DNA of 64,000 nt from the NCBI GenBank assembly GCA_965215885.1, contig CBDCEW010000088.1:1-64000 (forward strand), given 5' to 3'. Source of the stretch: Candidatus Moanibacter sp. (GTDB taxonomy: Bacteria > Verrucomicrobiota > Verrucomicrobiia > Opitutales > UBA2987). Shown piece after piece: positions 60,821-64,000 of the stretch. Below the pieces are notes generated by a model, which was not told where the DNA came from, searched no databases, and saw only the letters and a program-made list of their open reading frames with translations. Both the position numbers and the translations under genes were made by a program. Numbering within the stretch: position 1 is the stretch's first letter; each line of letters begins with the position of its first letter.

Positions 60821-61700
60821 CCCATCTATCCTCACTGGGATTCCGCTTTAGGGCGTTTTCGCGTTTTTAGCAGGCATCCATCATGGAACGGGCAATTCGA
60901 TGAAGTTTACGACGAGGATTGCGGCGAAGCGGTGTACCGAGCGTAGCGCAGCCGCAACCCAAAAAGAATAAGAGAACCGCAAATGCACGCGAATGGACGC
61001 GAATGAAGAAAAATCGACCACGGATTCGAGAATACCGCGGATTGGGGAAGCGGATCAAGACTGCTGAAAAGTATTAAAATAGAATGAGTGAGAGTGCTCT
61101 CACCCGTATAATTACAAGGTTCGGGACAGGGTTTGCGACGAGGTTTGTTGCATTGGTATCCCGAGAAAGTTGACTGGCAGGACATTTTTGATCGGATTTC
61201 GAAGGTAACTCCTACTTCCCTGGTAACTTTGCGTGCCTCGGCAAAGCGGAGATACGACGGGTCGCGAACCTCACGCGCGATCCCGCTGAGCGGGACGACG
61301 GTGTGGAGAACATCAACGGGTTATAGTTGCGGATAAAAGATTTCTTCTTAAGGAAACAAGCCCTTTCATGAACCGCTGCTCACTCTCCCCTTTCACGTGA
61401 AAGGCCTCCTTAGGACCACCTTCTTACGAAGGCGGCTACGCAGCATTCAACATCGAACGTCGGAATGAGGCGTAGTTCCAGAAGGATTATCTTCACAGAC
61501 TCGCCCGCCCCCATCTATCCTCACCGAGATTCCTCTTTCGCGCGTTTTCGCGGGCATCCCTCTTCTCAGTAGTTCTGTGAAATAGGCTCTTTGATCAATC
61601 TCCTCACCGGGTTCTGATCCTTACGTTAACGGCAAGCCGGGATGGCCCTCTGTGGCCCCTCTTTTGCACTCGGATGTCTTTCAGAAGGGAAGAGACCCTA
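60821..61700. repeat. Mosaic intergenic repeat cluster
   Basis: ~43-bp direct repeat 60821-60863 / 61510-61552; blocks shared with 54754-54985; micro-hairpin at 61281-61295. Confidence 0.7.
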
Positions 61701-61775
61701 GAGTGTGTACAGGGAATCACGGGACCCGGTCTCCATTAATCCCTTTTCGAAAGATACGGGAAAGTCGCCATTCCC

Positions 61776-62348
61776 ATGGGTGAGGATATGGCGATTTATA
61801 CTCTCAGTATGAACAAAAATAGTCTTCTTCTCAAAGCCAACCGTCTCCTGGGGGCCGAATTGGTGCAGAACAACGTTGTCGAACTCAATGATCTTGAAAC
61901 TGCAAATGGCCACTTTCTGGAAGATTTGCAGAGGGTGGAACGCCGAAAGCTCTCTCTCCTGAAGATCATGCTCTACGACCTACAGAATCTCAAAGAAGAA
62001 GATCTTATTCATTATCAGATGGAAGAAGTCGGTTTGGGATTTTGCCGGCTGTCGAGCTATTCGATGTCATCGGAGGCTCTTGAGAGTGCCGATCTGGATA
62101 TTTGCTGGGCGACGCGAACCGTGCCATTCGACCGTGTCGAGGGTTTCTGGTTTTTAGCCAGTTCCTATTATCTCAGCCCGGTCGTAAAAAACTACTGGGA
62201 AGAGACGCTCGATGATACCATAATCTGGTACGCGGCCGAACTCTCGGAGATAACGGCTATCCTTGAGTCGCTCACCCCGGATATGGAACCGGAGGTGGAG
62301 ACTCCTGAGAAAAAGGAAGAGGAGGCGATTGAGGCGGTAGCGGTCTAA
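61776..62348 (+). CDS. Stand-alone GspE/PilB N-terminal (MshEN/T2SSE_N)-like protein
   Basis: RLLGAELVQNNVV resembles the RLGxxLVxxGxI motif; followed by a TVPFD beta segment; no ATPase domain. Confidence 0.5.
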   Translation: MGEDMAIYTLSMNKNSLLLKANRLLGAELVQNNVVELNDLETANGHFLEDLQRVERRKLSLLKIMLYDLQNLKEEDLIHYQMEEVGLGFCRLSSYSMSSEALESADLDICWATRTVPFDRVEGFWFLASSYYLSPVVKNYWEETLDDTIIWYAAELSEITAILESLTPDMEPEVETPEKKEEEAIEAVAV

Positions 62349-62645
62349 GAGCCTGCCGGGCAAGATATGGCAGGCTCTTAGAAACAAGAAAATGAAACTG
62401 AATTTTAGTGGAAGAGTGCTTGAGATGCGGAAATCAGAGCATTTATGGCACATTTACGGAGAATATCATTCGCTTTCCTTGCCAGTTGATTACCTGGAAC
62501 AAAAAGGAGAGAGTCAATCGGGCCAGAATTTCAGTTTCATTTTCTTCATAGGAAAAGATCTCGCGCAACGGTCTTCGACCCGCAAGCGGCACTACGCCCT
62601 GTCAAAAAGAAGCAAAGGGTGTCGGGAAAGCGAAAATTGGAGCGT

Positions 62646-64000
62646 TCAGCTGCCGGCGGGTTCCAGTGTTGCCTGATCTTTGAGGCAGTCTCGAACGAGT
62701 TCGATGATCTTTGAGGAATTCGGTGGTTTGGGAAGGAAGAGAAAGCCCTCCTCATTATCGAGATGGTTACCGACCTGCTCCTTATTAAAACCGCTGCTGA
62801 TGATTACCTTGCATTCCGGGCGGTCCCGACGAACTTTTCGAGCCACTTCGAGTCCGCTGATTCCGGGCATCACAATATCCGTATAGAGCAGAGCGATTTC
62901 GTCTTTGCTGCGTCCCTAGATGTCCAGCGCGGCCTCACCTGATGCTGCTTCAATTACACAAAAGCCTTCGTCTTCAAGGAGAGTCTTAAGAAGGAGCCGG
63001 AAGTCTTTTTCATCTTCGACGAGGAGGATTTTAGCGTCTGATGAGTAGAATTCGGAGAAAGGCATCTCATCATCCTGTGAAGGCTCCTTCTGGGGGCGGG
63101 CTTTTGCGGAAAGGGGCAGAAAGATCTCAAACCTTGAGCCGTGATCAACCTCGCTCTCCACTTCGATCCAGCCTTTGTGCTCTTCAACAATCCCGTAAAC
63201 GGTGGAGAGGCCGAGACCAGTGCCCTTATCCGGTTGGCGAGTGGTGAAAAAGGGCTCAAATATCCTCTTTCTGATTTCCTCCGTCATTCCATGCCCGGTA
63301 TCTCTGATACTGATAAAGGCATGATCGCGAGGGAGGAATGGATCTTTCGAGTTGGGATGGGGCGGCGTCCGTTCTTTACTGCCTACCTCAAAATAGAGAT
63401 CACCGCCCTGGGGCATGGCATCGCGCGCGTTGAGTGCGATATTGAGGATGACCTGCTCGAGGGCGCTTCTATCGGCCTGAACGGTCACTGTTTGGGAAGT
63501 CGTTGAAAGGTGGAGACGGCTGTTTGGGCCGAGCATCTTCTCGATGATTTCCTGAAGATTGCGTATCGTTTCATGCACATCGATGGGACAGAAACTGAGT
63601 TTCTGAGTGCGGGTAAAGATAAGCAGCTGTTTAACGAGGGAACCTGCCCGGCCGCTGCCGCGGCAGATGCGGGCGAGGCCTTCCTTGAATTCCCGATCCA
63701 GGTCCCGATTCCGCGTAAGCATTTCGGCGGAGAGTCTGATGACCCCGAGGATATTGTTGAACTCATGCGCGATTCCGGCCGAAAGCTGCGCGACGGCGAG
63801 TTTTTTTTGCTGTTGGACGAGTTGCTCCATCATCCTCTTGCGGTCCGTGATATCTTCGAGGCAGACCAGGAAAGCGGATTCTTCGTTCCATTCCGTTTTT
63901 ATGGTGCGTATTTCGACGACAACGATCTCGCCGGTCGGTTTCGTGAAGTGTACTTCATTGCATTTGTGCCTGTCGGTGCAGTAAGCAAACGGTTGTCGAA
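62646..64000 (-). pseudogene. PAS hybrid histidine kinase with an in-frame TAG in the receiver domain (5' end beyond the window)
   Basis: H-box GIAHEFNN, N-box NARDAM, FEPFFTT and GTGLGL. Receiver ILLVED...ALDI*GRSKDEIALLYTDIVMPG continues in the same frame. The frame is open to the window end (EDITDRKR, PAC-like). Confidence 0.85.

Noticed and set aside
61700..61800. c-di-GMP riboswitch upstream of 61776
   Set aside because: A GAAA-loop-like sequence is present, but the GGCAAAC/GACGCAAAG core is missing.
62916..62918. Pyrrolysine or stop-codon reassignment
   Set aside because: It is a single case, many genes here terminate normally at TAG, and no pyl genes are visible.
1..64000. Prophage, integron, defence island, tRNA or rRNA
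   Set aside because: No structural phage genes, integrase, attC pattern, known defence genes or RNA-gene signatures were recognised.

Overview
A 64-kb bacterial chromosomal segment with no rRNA, tRNA or CRISPR array that I can see. Gene content suggests Verrucomicrobiota, probably Opitutia (inference). Housekeeping genes include tsaB, rpoN, an A-type Fe-S carrier, ubiE/menG, a ClpX-like ATPase, HU/IHF, hisS, ybdK, hppA, NDH-2, acyP and a Ski2-like helicase. PVC-type accessory loci include DUF1501/DUF1800, an ECF sigma/ChrR pair divergent from 2xDUF4331-TPR-HupE/UreJ, a protease-hypothetical-VCBS cluster and HEAT proteins. The window carries a heavy load of mobile DNA. Four IS elements have both ends and target duplications readable (ISL3 5493-6975, IS1380 10578-12422, a frameshifted IS 40117-42492, a decayed IS4 47775-49234). 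A fifth runs off the left edge, and there is a RAYT/Y1 HUH transposase. Several genes are broken, split or internally collapsed. The most unusual signal is non-coding: intergenic gaps are mosaics of many small palindromic element families nested inside each other. These include 15-18 nt TCCCG..CGGGA micro-hairpins that appear to overwrite sequence inside other repeats and serve as an IS4 target; a 92-95 bp IS200/IS605-type PATE that splits a gene without a target duplication; different REPINs at the same site of a repeated scaffold; a 68-bp perfect palindrome inside a 30-bp inverted repeat; a 3 x ~115-bp array built of inverted 12-mers; and TIR-like ends that abut stop codons. All family assignments come from motif recognition by eye; no database searches were run.
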